From: an uncultured archaeon
Lineage (GTDB): Archaea; Thermoproteota; Bathyarchaeia; Bathyarchaeales; Bathycorpusculaceae
Direction of reading: 5' to 3'
Assembly (NCBI GenBank): GCA_963782915.1
Contig: CAWALK010000001.1
Coordinates: forward strand, 160,001 to 224,000
DNA: 64,000 nucleotides
Position 1 is the stretch's first letter. The number at the start of each line of letters is the position of its first letter. Shown here piece by piece: positions 20,330 to 31,200 of the stretch. Position numbers and translations under genes: made by a program. The notes beneath the pieces were generated by a model. The model had not been told where the DNA came from. It did not search any database and saw only the letters and a list, made by a program, of their open reading frames with translations.

Positions 20330-20476
20330 TTAGGGTCCTTCCTTTGTGCGTTTATCAGTTGCCACTAAGTATTCTATGTATTCTTTGATTGTGCATCCTT
20401 TTTCTTTGGCTCTTAATTTCATTTCCTGATGCACGCTCTCAGTTACGGTTAAGCATTTGTATCCTTTTCTGGGCAA
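20330..20476 (-). CDS. Small ribbon-helix-helix-like protein
   Basis: TTG start; MPRKGYKCLTVTESVHQEMKLRAKEKGCTIKEYIEYLV. Confidence 0.65.
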   Translation of the reverse strand: MPRKGYKCLTVTESVHQEMKLRAKEKGCTIKEYIEYLVATDKRTKEGP

Positions 20477-20630
20477 GCACGCTTCTCCTCGGGGGCTATC
20501 TCGCTCCGTACAGTACGGTACTATTGTGGATATAAAATTAACGGTAAAAAACGGCGACCGCAAATAGTGTGAAAAGTTTTTAAACCTTAAATAAACGAGC
20601 ACGCGGTTACTATCTTTAGAGGGGAACCGA

Positions 20631-20843
20631 ACGCCGAAAAAAGGCTACAAAACAATCACTGTAAAGACTGAAGTTTATGATTACTTCTTCCACGAATGGC
20701 TCAAAGTGAAAGAAGAATATACCATAACACATGGCATCCGAAGCTTCTCAGCCTACATCACCTACCGCTTAGCACAGCTGATAAGCCAAGACACCAATCA
20801 AAAGAGTAAAAATTCTGTATCTACAACTTTAAATAAGCCCTAA
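20631..20843 (+). CDS. Small ribbon-helix-helix-like protein with apparent ACG start (not in ORF track)
   Basis: (M)PKKGYKTITVKTEVYDYFF...GIRSFSAYITYRLAQLI; GAGGGG upstream; in-frame TAA at 20592. Confidence 0.6.
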   Translation, partial: TPKKGYKTITVKTEVYDYFFHEWLKVKEEYTITHGIRSFSAYITYRLAQLISQDTNQKSKNSVSTTLNKP

Positions 20844-20867
20844 GCTGACTTGTAGAGGGTAATAGTC

Positions 20868-21872
20868 ATGCCATGTTCAGTAATCGTCGGCGCCTTCTGG
20901 GGAGACGAAGGCAAAGGAAAAATAATCTCATATTTAGCACTCAAAGATAACCTTGATTTTTGTGTCAGAACAGGCTCAGTGAATGCAGCCCACACCGTTT
21001 GGTATGAAGGCAAAAAATATGCCCTCCACATGGTGCCAGCAGCATTCCTCAACCCAAAGACACGACTACTCATCTCAGCCGGCGCCAACGTCCACATTGG
21101 ACAATTCCAAAAAGAAATGGAACTAACACAAGTTGACGCCAAACGCATGGGTATCGATCAGAACGCCTCAATTATCGAGCAGAAACACAGCGACCAAGAC
21201 AAAGCCTCTGCATTCAACAAAGGCATAGGCACCACCGGATGGGGCGTCGGTCCAGCCATTGAGGACCGCGTAAGACGCACCGCCAAACTCGCAAAAGACA
21301 TGCCCGAACTCAAACAGTTCCTCTGCGATGGAATCCAAGAGGTCAACGACGGCTTAGACGAAGGCAAAAGCGTAATCTTGGAGGGCACACAGGGCTTCAT
21401 GTTATCACTATTCCTGAGTGGTGGCTACCCATATGTCACCGGCAGAGACACCGGCGCATCCGCCATAGCCTCCGAAGCAGGCGTAGGACCCACCAGAGTC
21501 GACGACGTCATAGTTGTCTACAAATCATTCATCACCCGCGTCGGCGCAGGACCATTACCCGGCGAAATCACCAAAGAAGAAGCCCAGAAACGCGGTTGGT
21601 TCGAAGTTGCCGCAGGCACAGGACGCGACCGCCGCTCAGCACCATTCGATTTCGACTTAGCTAAAAAAACCGCTAAAATCAACGGTGCCACACAAGGTGC
21701 AATGACAAAACTCGACGTAATCTTCCCAGCATGCAAGGGCTCACGCAAATTCGCTGACATGCCAAAAGAAGCTAAAGAATTCATAAAAGAAGTAGAAAAA
21801 CGCACAGGCATACCCATCACTTTAATCGGAACTGGTCCTGAAGCGTTAGATATCATCGACCGCCGAGCATAG
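20868..21872 (+). CDS. purA: Adenylosuccinate synthetase (short archaeal type)
   Basis: WGDEGKGK, NAAHT, IGTTG.GVGP, EGTQG, YPYVT, TRVGAGP. Confidence 0.97.
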   Translation: MPCSVIVGAFWGDEGKGKIISYLALKDNLDFCVRTGSVNAAHTVWYEGKKYALHMVPAAFLNPKTRLLISAGANVHIGQFQKEMELTQVDAKRMGIDQNASIIEQKHSDQDKASAFNKGIGTTGWGVGPAIEDRVRRTAKLAKDMPELKQFLCDGIQEVNDGLDEGKSVILEGTQGFMLSLFLSGGYPYVTGRDTGASAIASEAGVGPTRVDDVIVVYKSFITRVGAGPLPGEITKEEAQKRGWFEVAAGTGRDRRSAPFDFDLAKKTAKINGATQGAMTKLDVIFPACKGSRKFADMPKEAKEFIKEVEKRTGIPITLIGTGPEALDIIDRRA

Positions 21873-21919
21873 GAACTTTTATTTCCTATCTCCTTTATCC
21901 TGTTTTAAGGCATGACTCT

Positions 21920-23056
21920 ATGTTAACGTCTGAACGTGCTACCAAAGCTCAAGCTAGCATTCTTATCCTATTGTTTGTGGCGGGATTGCTGGTTGGCGGA
22001 TTGCTCATATTCTACATGAATTATCGACAGGTATACAGTCTTAACACGCAAGTTCAACAGCTACAGAATCAAGTGGATAGCCTCCAGGGCTTCCAGAATG
22101 CTACCTACCAGAACATCACTATTTTGCAGAATGGCACTTCAATTGCAGAGTTATATGATAACGTGAGAGATTCAGTCGTGCTCATCCAGGGCGTAACAAG
22201 CAACGGTGGGGTACAGGGTTCAGGTTTCATCTATAACTTCGCAAACCGATATGTTGTATTAACGAATTATCACGTAGTCGAAGGCACAACCTCGCTAAGT
22301 GTCACTTTCTCCGATGGCAAAGGCTATGCAGCCACCATCTTGGGCACTGACCCCTACTCAGATTTAGCCGTTCTCTCAGTAAGCGGTAACCACGAATTAA
22401 AACCGGTAACAATCGTTAGCTCATCATCATTAACCGTGGGTGAACCCGTAATCGCAATCGGAAACCCCTATGGACTCGTCGGCTCCATGACAACCGGCGT
22501 CGTCAGCGCAGTAGGAAGAAGCATAACCGAAGACACTGCAGGCGGATACTCCATCGCCAATGTAATCCAAACAAGCACACCCATCAACCCCGGCAACTCA
22601 GGAGGATTACTCCTAAACTCCATGGGCAACGTAGTGGGCATAACAACCGCAATTGTTAGCGAATCACAGGGCTTAGGATTCGCCATTCCATCCAACGCCA
22701 TCTTACGTGAAATCTCTTCACTGATCAGTTCAGGCACCTACAAGGGGCACTCATACTTGGGCGTAACAGGAACAGACATGAGTTACAGTTTAGCCCAAGA
22801 AAGCGGCACCCCCGACTATACCTATGGCTGGAAAATCGCCACCATAACTCGCGGTGGACCAAGCGACGGCAAACTAACCGTAGACGATATAATAATTTCA
22901 ATGGACAATCAAACTATCCGCAACAACGATGACTTAGCAAGCTACCTCGAAGAACACACCCAACCAGGCGACACCTTAAGCTTAATGGTGGTTAGAAACA
23001 ATTCGCCAATACATGTAGAGTTGACTTTGGGCACTCGACCCGCCCCATCTACCTAA
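21920..23056 (+). CDS. HtrA/DegP-like trypsin serine protease with PDZ domain
   Basis: GSGF, TNYHVV, DLAVL, INPGNSGG, C-terminal PDZ. Confidence 0.93.
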   Translation: MLTSERATKAQASILILLFVAGLLVGGLLIFYMNYRQVYSLNTQVQQLQNQVDSLQGFQNATYQNITILQNGTSIAELYDNVRDSVVLIQGVTSNGGVQGSGFIYNFANRYVVLTNYHVVEGTTSLSVTFSDGKGYAATILGTDPYSDLAVLSVSGNHELKPVTIVSSSSLTVGEPVIAIGNPYGLVGSMTTGVVSAVGRSITEDTAGGYSIANVIQTSTPINPGNSGGLLLNSMGNVVGITTAIVSESQGLGFAIPSNAILREISSLISSGTYKGHSYLGVTGTDMSYSLAQESGTPDYTYGWKIATITRGGPSDGKLTVDDIIISMDNQTIRNNDDLASYLEEHTQPGDTLSLMVVRNNSPIHVELTLGTRPAPST

Positions 23057-23220
23057 GTTAGCGCTTTTTTGCTATCTTTTTTCTTTATTTTTATCGAGCG
23101 CAATCCACTCAGGGTTCATGGAAAGGTAGATATTAAGCGCCTGCCACTGCAACAGTTGACTTACGCTTAGTCAAAAGCTATGCGTTGCGCTTAAAGAGCA
23201 GTCAAGGAGGGGAACATTGG

Positions 23221-24894
23221 ATGGATGAACTACAGGGCGTACTTAAAGGACACAAGATTGCCTATTTCTCGATGGAAGTAGGTTTAACCAATTCAATTCC
23301 AACCTACGCCGGCGGTTTAGGTACCTTAGCAGGCGACGCCATCCGATCCAGCGCAGACTTAACAATTCCCCTAGTCGCAGTCACATTAATCAGCAAACGT
23401 AATTATTTTAGGCAAAAACTCGATGCAAACGGTAGACAGACCGAATTACCGAATGAGTGGGCACCAGAAAAACAGATGACCCTTTTGCCCAACGAAGTAA
23501 ACGTGCAGATTGAAGGACGAACAGTAAAAGTCAAAGCTTGGCTCTACAAGTACCAAAGCATCGCCGGCGGAGTCGTCCCAGTAATATTCTTAGACACAGA
23601 CTTCGATACTAATGCCCCTCAGGACCGTGAAATCTCGTTTTACCTCTACGGCGGCGATGAACGCTACCGCCTAAAACAGGAAGCCATATTGGGTTTTGGC
23701 GGCGTACGCATGCTCGACGCCCTCGGGTTTAGCGTTAGAAAGTATCACATGAATGAGGGTCACTCGAGCTTTTTAGCAGTTGAACTCATGCGCAAATACG
23801 CCATGGATGAAGAAAAAGTCAAAGAACTCTGCGTCTTCACCACTCATACCCCAGTTGAGGCTGGGCATGACAAATTCAGCTATGACTTAATCCGTGAAGT
23901 GCTGGAAACCGTCGATTTAAGTGTACTCAAGGATTATGGCGGCGAAGAACAACTAAACATGACCTGCCTAGCACTTAACCTAAGCAACTACGTCAACGGC
24001 GTAGCTAAACGGCACCAAGAAATCTCCAAAAAAATGTTCGCTGGATACGAAATTCACGCAGTAACCAATGGTGTCCACTCTTACACTTGGACTGGTGAGA
24101 GGTTCCGTAAACTTTTCGATAAGTACCTGCCGGGCTGGGCAATAGAACCAGAACTTCTTGCAAAGGTTGATTTGGTTCCTGACGGCGAAATCTGGCAAGC
24201 TCATCAACAACAAAAACAAACCCTAATCGACTATGCCAACAAAGCCAGAAACGCCAACCTCGACCCCGAAGTATTCACCTTAGGCTTCGCACGACGCTCA
24301 ACCGAATACAAACGGGCAACTTTACTATTCTCCAATCTTGACAGATTGCGTTCGATTAGCCGCAAAACAAAAATGCAGGCAATATATGCGGGCAAAGCGC
24401 ATCCACGAGATGAAGGCGGCAAAAAACTCATCGAACAAATCTACAGCTATGCCCAGCAACTAAAAGGCGACATCGAAATCGTTTATCTAGAAAACTATGA
24501 CATGGATATCGCTGCTAAGATGGTTGGTGGAGTTGATGTCTGGCTCAATACACCTCTGCGTCCCATGGAGGCTTCAGGCACTAGCGGAATGAAGGCAGCG
24601 CATAATGGCGTCATGAACTTCAGTGTATTGGATGGCTGGTGGATTGAAGGTTGGATAGAAAACTTAACTGGTTGGGCAATCGGACCTCACCCAGACGAAA
24701 TTCTCGACGATGCTGCCTGTTTTAGAAAAGAACTCGAAGACCTATACAATAAACTTGAATACGTTATAACGCCAGCTTTCTATGACCGCCGTGACGAATG
24801 GATTTGGCTAATGAAGAACTCCATAGGTAAAGTCGCTTACTACTTTAACAGCCACAGAATGATGCGGCGGTATGTAACCGAAGCTTACCTCTAA
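23221..24894 (+). CDS. glgP: Alpha-glucan (glycogen/maltodextrin) phosphorylase
   Basis: AYFSME, YAGGLG.LAGD, HMNEGH, TNGVH, EASGTSGMK. Confidence 0.95.
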   Translation: MDELQGVLKGHKIAYFSMEVGLTNSIPTYAGGLGTLAGDAIRSSADLTIPLVAVTLISKRNYFRQKLDANGRQTELPNEWAPEKQMTLLPNEVNVQIEGRTVKVKAWLYKYQSIAGGVVPVIFLDTDFDTNAPQDREISFYLYGGDERYRLKQEAILGFGGVRMLDALGFSVRKYHMNEGHSSFLAVELMRKYAMDEEKVKELCVFTTHTPVEAGHDKFSYDLIREVLETVDLSVLKDYGGEEQLNMTCLALNLSNYVNGVAKRHQEISKKMFAGYEIHAVTNGVHSYTWTGERFRKLFDKYLPGWAIEPELLAKVDLVPDGEIWQAHQQQKQTLIDYANKARNANLDPEVFTLGFARRSTEYKRATLLFSNLDRLRSISRKTKMQAIYAGKAHPRDEGGKKLIEQIYSYAQQLKGDIEIVYLENYDMDIAAKMVGGVDVWLNTPLRPMEASGTSGMKAAHNGVMNFSVLDGWWIEGWIENLTGWAIGPHPDEILDDAACFRKELEDLYNKLEYVITPAFYDRRDEWIWLMKNSIGKVAYYFNSHRMMRRYVTEAYL

Positions 24895-24980
24895 GTAAGC
24901 GGTTGAAATTAACAGTTAATAACTCCAAATAGCTTCTCTATTTAGCGGATTTTTCCCTCTTCTATCCCTGAGTTGATTTT

Positions 24981-26426
24981 TTGGAGTACAAATGGTTAGC
25001 TTTAACCGTTACTACCATCGGCGTTTTAATGGTTGGCATAGACACACGAATAGTCATAATCGGGTTGCCACAGGTTTCCGCGCAGCTGGGCGCCGATATT
25101 GAACAGGCCATTTGGATAACACAGGCTTACACATTAACCAACACTTTGATGTTATCGCTGATTGGTAGGTTGGGGGATATTTTTGGCAGAGTTAAAATAT
25201 ACATGTACGGCTTTGCCATATTCACCATCGGCTCCGCTTTAACTAGCATTGGCACCAACCCGACGGAGGTTATCTTTTTTAGGGGTGTACAGGGTATTGG
25301 GGCAGCGTTAGTATTCACTAACAGCATCGCAATTTTAACTGATTCAGCGCCAAGGCGGCAACTCGGCTTGTTTTTGGGTATAAACCAAATTGCATTCCGC
25401 GCTGGCGCACTCCTGGGTTTAACCCTTAGCGGTTTGATCCTGTCTTTTCTGGATTGGCGGGCATTGTTCTACATCAATATACCCATCGGCATCTTCGGCA
25501 CGCTTTGGGCAAGGCACACACTAAAAGAGACTGCATTGCTGGATAAGAATCGGCAAATCGACTGGATAGGATTCGTGCTGTTCACTGCTTTCCTGTTTTG
25601 CCTCATGGTTGGCTTAACCTTCGCTGCTTATGGCTCAAGCGGATTAACCTATGCATATGTTCTTTTAGCGGCTTCAGTTGTATTCATAGTTGTTTTTTTG
25701 GCGTATGAACGAAAAGCCAAGTATCCACTGATTTACCTGAGGGTTTTTCGAATCCGCCAAGTTTCAGGCGGCTTATTCGCCCTGCTCTTTAACATCATCA
25801 CATGGACAGCTGTTTTGCTGTTGCTGAGCTTGCAGTTTCAGTTGGTCAACGGCGAAAGCCCCTTGGAGGCGGGTCTGCGAATTTTGCCCTTCGAAATCGC
25901 TTTTTTAGCCATCGGACCATTAAGCGGCAGATTAGCAGACAAATATGGGCAATCACAATTCGTAATCACAGGCTTAATCCTAAGCACCATAGCGCTTTTC
26001 CTGTTTTCAACCACCGACCAAACAACGCCTTATTCGATTTTAAGCATCTATATGGTTATGCTGGGTTTGGGCACAGGTTTGTTTGTTGCGCCTAACCTGC
26101 GGGCAGTAATGAGTTCGGTTCCAACAGAGCGGCATGGTGTCGGCTCAGCGCTGTTTACGCTCTTCTTGAACATTGGTTTAACCGTGAGCCTCAACTTAAC
26201 GGTACTTATAATGTCGCTGACTGCACCCTATGACCTCATAACGCAGATTATCGGCGCTGTTAATCCCCAGAGTATCTCTGCTGCGGGGAGAACGCTCTTT
26301 GTTGATAGCCTCAAAAACACCTATTTTGCGTTTGCCATCATTAACGCCTTTGCGCTTGTTCCAGCGATTATCGGAGGCAGAATTAAAAGGCAAGATGACA
26401 GCGGCGAACCGACGGCAGCAGGGTAA
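24981..26426 (+). CDS. MFS transporter (DHA2/EmrB-like, 14 TM)
   Basis: GRLGDIFGR, WRALFYINIPIG. Confidence 0.92.
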   Translation: MEYKWLALTVTTIGVLMVGIDTRIVIIGLPQVSAQLGADIEQAIWITQAYTLTNTLMLSLIGRLGDIFGRVKIYMYGFAIFTIGSALTSIGTNPTEVIFFRGVQGIGAALVFTNSIAILTDSAPRRQLGLFLGINQIAFRAGALLGLTLSGLILSFLDWRALFYINIPIGIFGTLWARHTLKETALLDKNRQIDWIGFVLFTAFLFCLMVGLTFAAYGSSGLTYAYVLLAASVVFIVVFLAYERKAKYPLIYLRVFRIRQVSGGLFALLFNIITWTAVLLLLSLQFQLVNGESPLEAGLRILPFEIAFLAIGPLSGRLADKYGQSQFVITGLILSTIALFLFSTTDQTTPYSILSIYMVMLGLGTGLFVAPNLRAVMSSVPTERHGVGSALFTLFLNIGLTVSLNLTVLIMSLTAPYDLITQIIGAVNPQSISAAGRTLFVDSLKNTYFAFAIINAFALVPAIIGGRIKRQDDSGEPTAAG

Positions 26427-26481
26427 ATCAACTGAGACATATTTCCTTTATATGAAAAGAAGGTCGAATTGGCTGCTATAC

Positions 26482-26620
26482 AGTCGATCAAAATCTGGTT
26501 GAGTTCTTGTTTTTCTTTAGTTGTTGTTGCTAAAAACCGCCTATACACAACAACAACCAGCGGCGTTTGGGGGCGGTTGTGTTTTGGGTTCTGCGTTTGG
26601 ATTGGGTTGCTGGTTGGTTG
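26482..26620. repeat. Dispersed repeat B, copy 2
   Basis: Colinear similarity to 9683-9810. Confidence 0.8.
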
Positions 26621-26662
26621 CGGAGTTTTTTGCAAGCAGAACTGAAGCTATGTTGGAACCTG

Positions 26663-26702
26663 CTACCTACCTCAGAGCACCTACCCCCTCCCTTATATAA
26701 AG
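26663..26702 (-). repeat. Dispersed repeat A, copy 3
   Basis: 34-bp identity to 9470-9503; lies between convergent genes. Confidence 0.85.
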
Positions 26703-26777
26703 AGCCAAAAGCCAACATTACAGGAGAGTCTGCTGCTCATTTTCTTGGTTTTGATTTGTGTGGCTACGGCTTGAAAT

Positions 26778-28079
26778 TTATTTTCTCGAAAAATCAAAAT
26801 AAGTAGCATTAAGAAAAGCTGTCGGTTTTTCTTGTTTTTTTGAAAAGACGTAAATAGCTACTATCAAAACTGTAATAACTCCCACGACGAGCCACAGCAG
26901 CATTAAGGGCACCCCAACAGGTGGTGTCGGAGTGGGTCCTATTGTTGATGCAAATCCCGAAGTAGTGGCATACATCAACGGAACAACGCGATCACCCACG
27001 TTTACGGGTTGACCCCGATAAATAATATGTGGATTACCGTCGGAGTCTACGACCATTGGGCCGGCGCTAGTTGTATGTGAATCTATTGTTTGGCTGCTCC
27101 ATACGGTGCCATTCCACTCAGAGTACACTAAATCGCCTATCGAAGAATCGGAACCCCGAAGGTGATAGTTGATATGAGGGTTATCATGCGAATCTAAAGC
27201 CAAGTAACCAGCACTAAAATCTCCGTTTGTATCCGAGGGGATTACTTGACTGCCCCAGGCAGTGCCGTTCCAACTGGCATAGTAAAGAACATAGTCATTG
27301 GTCCTATTTGTTGCTCCTTTCATCAAATAGGTAAAGTGGGGAAAACCATTCGAGTCTAACACCAAATTTTCGTTTCCGTGCACGTTTGTAACTACAGTTT
27401 GAACGTTCCACGATGAATTGTTCAAAGTAGCATATTTTATTGTCGGTTGACGTATTCCCCGATTCATAACCATAAAGTATCTGAGGTGAGCCCTGTGTGT
27501 CTAATGCCAAATAAACATCAAAAATTAGTTCTGAGGTGTTATCGACTGTTTGGATATTCCACGCTGACCCCGTCCCACACAGCGTATTTTAGTATTAGCG
27601 GGTACTGATGGACCATTCGTAGTGTATGCAACATGAGGGTTGCCAGCTGAATCGAGTGCAAGTGAGCCATCTATTCCCTCATCATCTATTAATTGGGTAT
27701 AAGTCAGTATTGATCCAGGTGTCCAAGTTGCATATCTAAGACCCATAGCGTTTGAACGATATATTATGTGTGGGTTGTTGTTGGTGTCTAGCTTGAAATC
27801 TTGCAGGAAGACACCTTTTGTAACGGTTTGGTGGTCCCAAGAAGATCCTGTCCATGTTGAATAGATTAAATCTACTGGGCTTCGGTAATTGCCGTTTTCG
27901 TATTCGCCATAGAGTACATGAAGATTACCTGCTGAATCAATGGCGATTTCCCCGACGCCAGCGCCGTTTTTGGTTAGAGTCTGGTTGTCCCAAGCATACC
28001 CAGCATTAACCGATTGAGCGCCCAATAATATGGCAAATAGGATTAACAAAATTAATGAAGTAACTTTGTAACAACCCAA
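26778..28079 (-). CDS. Secreted beta-propeller (BNR-like repeat) protein with C-terminal TM anchor, split by 2 frameshifts
   Basis: Repeated 'LALDS.GNPHI.Y...L.YA.W.G..W' units across three ORF fragments. Confidence 0.8.
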
Positions 28080-28223
28080 TTAATGACACCCATTTAATTG
28101 CAATAGCGCATCCTATGGGTAATATAATTTTCTAAAACCAGCAAAATTTCAAAGCTCTTGAGAAAAGAGAGCGTTTCTAAAAGCATGCCTGCTGCGGATT
28201 GGGTGGTTTTGTCGGTTTGATAA

Positions 28224-28976
28224 TTAAGCCTGTGGTTTTGAAGAATTGTTTTTGTTCATCCAGTCATGCGCAAAAACTTCCGCTTCGCCGCTCTCAACAG
28301 CCCCCACAATCAATTTAGCAACGAATTCAGCGGAATCCGCTTTTGCATAAGCTTGCTGCCCCTCAAAAGTTTCCTCCTGAGTTTCAACGCCTGCGTCTTT
28401 GATGGTGTTCTTCTCAAAATCCGTCAAGGTAATGTAGGGGTAAACTACGGTGACGGCTATGTTGTCATCTTTTAGCTCTTCTCTTGCGGTTAAGCTAAGT
28501 TGCGCCAACGCCGCCTTCAACGCAGAATACGCTCCCATATCGGGCAGCTGCATAAGCGCCGTTCCCGAACTGACATTAACGATTGCGCCGCCGCCCTGCA
28601 TACGCATCACAGGAACCACCTCTTTTAAGGCTACCACTGGACCCACAACATCCAAATCAAACAGGTACTGAAACGCACACAAGTTTGTTTTCTCCACTGG
28701 CGCATCATATCCTTGCCCCGCATTGTTAACTAAAATATCGATTCGCCCAAAGTGCCCAAGTACCGCTTTAACCATCCCAACAATTTCGTCTGGCTTGGAG
28801 ATATCCGTCGGAAATGCTACCGCTTCGGGTAGTTCTTTTGCGAGTTTCTCAAGTTTATCTTTTGAGCGGGCAACCAACGCAAGCTTCACGCCCTTGCTGG
28901 ATAAGAGTTTGGCAGTGGCATACCCGATGCCTGACGATGCGCCCGTAACTACAGCGACTTTTGCTTTAACATCCAT
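28224..28976 (-). CDS. Short-chain dehydrogenase/reductase
   Basis: TGASSGIG, NNAG, YSALK. Confidence 0.93.
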   Translation of the reverse strand: MDVKAKVAVVTGASSGIGYATAKLLSSKGVKLALVARSKDKLEKLAKELPEAVAFPTDISKPDEIVGMVKAVLGHFGRIDILVNNAGQGYDAPVEKTNLCAFQYLFDLDVVGPVVALKEVVPVMRMQGGGAIVNVSSGTALMQLPDMGAYSALKAALAQLSLTAREELKDDNIAVTVVYPYITLTDFEKNTIKDAGVETQEETFEGQQAYAKADSAEFVAKLIVGAVESGEAEVFAHDWMNKNNSSKPQA

Positions 28977-28984
28977 AAAAATCG

Positions 28985-29558
28985 CTAGTCAATCCGCTTA
29001 AGCACTACTGCAGGGCGTTTTGGCGGTGCCTCAGGGAAGCTCTTGGTGTAACCAAAGACTATGGCTGCATGGATTTCATGATCGTTGGGAACGCCGAGTT
29101 CAACTTTTATTTTTGGGTCATTCGCAATTCCAACCGCCGTACCAATCCAGCAGCTGCCAATGCCCAGCGAATAGGCTGCAAGCATCATATTCTGCGCTGC
29201 CATGGAACAATCATACACTGCATAAGGCGATTTGACGCCGCTTACAAAAACTAACAGGGGTGCATTGTAGAAGATGTTGTAGTTGGGGTCGGATAACCGC
29301 TTTTTTAATCCCATTAAGCCTTCGTCGCCGACATCTGGCAGCATGTGGAGCAACGCGGGTTTTGCTGTGTCTGAGAGTTGCTTCATGGCTTCTTTGTTGG
29401 TTATTAAGTGAATTTCCAAGGTTGAATGTTGATGGCGGATGGTGCATAAGTTGCTGCTTCCAGCAACGTTTGGATTGCTGATTCAGGAATGAGGTTTTTC
29501 TTCAAAACTTCGGATAGCTCGTCTAGATTTTATAGCCTGAATAACTGGATTTGAGCAT
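28985..29558 (-). CDS. Nitroreductase family protein (about 3 frameshifts in the 5' part)
   Basis: SRRAIRSF, APSAINIQPWKF, AAQNMMLAA.SLGIGSCWIG. Confidence 0.85.
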
Positions 29559-29621
29559 AAAAAAATTCCTCAACATTAGAGGAAGATTGGTGATTTATAA
29601 AAACGATTCTGCTCACCGCGT

Positions 29622-30032
29622 TCAAGCAACTTTTTGCTGGGCAGTAACCAGATAAGCTGGCAGACTCTCGATGCATTGAACCTCATGACCCACCAAAGCC
29701 CTTAACTCACGTCGAAACCTAACGTTTACTTTGATTTTTGCTCTCTCCAAATCACGGTGCAACCGTTCCGTGCCTTCCCTGCCTCTACGGTCAAAATCCA
29801 ACAGCAAAATAACTTCGCGGGCACCAAGATTTTCTATTTCTGTAGTGGCTTCCAAAAAAGATTTACCGCCTGTCTTCACAGTCACCACGGTGCCAGTTAT
29901 GCCGAGTTCTTCAAGGGCTTGGGCGTCTTTTTTGCCCTCAACAACTATGGGTTTGCCCTTCGCTGACTCCTCAGCCAATTTGGCTATAATTAGCTCAATC
30001 TTTTCTAGGCGGTCTTTTAGGTGCGTGGACAA
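29622..30032 (-). CDS. Small Toprim-domain protein (RNase M5/primase-like)
   Basis: IVVEGKKD, LLDFDRRG. Confidence 0.88.
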   Translation of the reverse strand: MSTHLKDRLEKIELIIAKLAEESAKGKPIVVEGKKDAQALEELGITGTVVTVKTGGKSFLEATTEIENLGAREVILLLDFDRRGREGTERLHRDLERAKIKVNVRFRRELRALVGHEVQCIESLPAYLVTAQQKVA

Positions 30033-30037
30033 GGAGT

Positions 30038-31127
30038 TTACCTTGTAATTTTAGCTTGACGCACCGTCTCCAAGCAATCAGCTGCTTCCTTGTTGTTAGC
30101 GAAGTATCGGCGGACTGGCTCCAAAATCTCCCCAAGCGAGGTGGCGACGCCGCTTTTAAGATCCATCGGATGCAGTTTACCCTCAACATAGCATGCTTCG
30201 AGTTCTTGGAAGCTATGGAATTCTACGTTGCCGCCGAATTTAGCTGGACGCTCGATTTTGAGGCAGTCTTTTTCGCGGAAGACAATGTATTTGCAGATGT
30301 CCATTATAGGATTGTACTTGACGGTTTTTTCGGGGCAGAACGATTTTGATAGTTTCTGCTTGATTTCTTCAGGTGTGTCGTAGATGAAGATGCATGTGTC
30401 AGGTTTGCTCTTTGACATTTTAGCTGATGCTATGGCTTCGCGTTCTTGACCTTCAGGAATAGGCCAAACAGCGGGTTTCGCTAAGTCCTTGAAGCAGGTG
30501 ATGGTGGATGCAGACGGGTTTCCAGTAACCGATTTTTTCGCCGATTTCTCTGGCAACCATGTTTGCTTTGCGCTGGTCCATGCCGAGTTGGCACATTTTA
30601 ACGTTCATTTCGAATATGTCCGCGACCTGCATGGGTGTGTAGAGGTAGTCGCTGACGTAGTGGGCTTCGCCTTCTTTTCTTCCAGCAATCTCAAGTGTGC
30701 GGGTGGTTCGGGCGATGGTGAGTTCTTTGGCTATGGCCATTGTTTTTGCCCAGTAAGCCAAATCATTGTATAACTCGTCTGAGTAGATGAATTCTACTTT
30801 GTCCGCTGGGACGCCTAGTGCGATCCAGCTGTGGCGGAAAAGGTCGGCTGCTTTGCGGATAAGTGCGAGGTCTCCGCCGAGTTTATTGTTCAAGTAAGCG
30901 TGCCATGTGGCTAGGAACACTTTGAAGCGTATGCCTGCTTCTGTGAAGTCTTTCATTTTGTAAGCGCAGATAACGCCAGTGCCTAAATGTACGAGTCCTG
31001 AGGGTTCAAAACCGTTGTAGGCGATTGGGTGCTCCTCAGTTTCTAGTAGTGCTCGTAGGTCTTCTTGGGTTACGACTTCTTCGGTTGGCAGTCTGCAGAT
31101 GAGCTCGATTTTTCTTTCGATGTCCAC
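30038..31127 (-). CDS. tyrS: Tyrosine--tRNA ligase (frameshift near 30483)
   Basis: YNGFEPSG.VHLG, Y.PMQVADI, GMDQRK, KMSKS, LHPMDLK. Confidence 0.95.
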
Positions 31128-31200
31128 TATTATTCCAGCTTTCTCTTGATTATTAGCCTTTAATGCTATTGTTGAACTTAAGAATTTAGAGTTAATTTTC

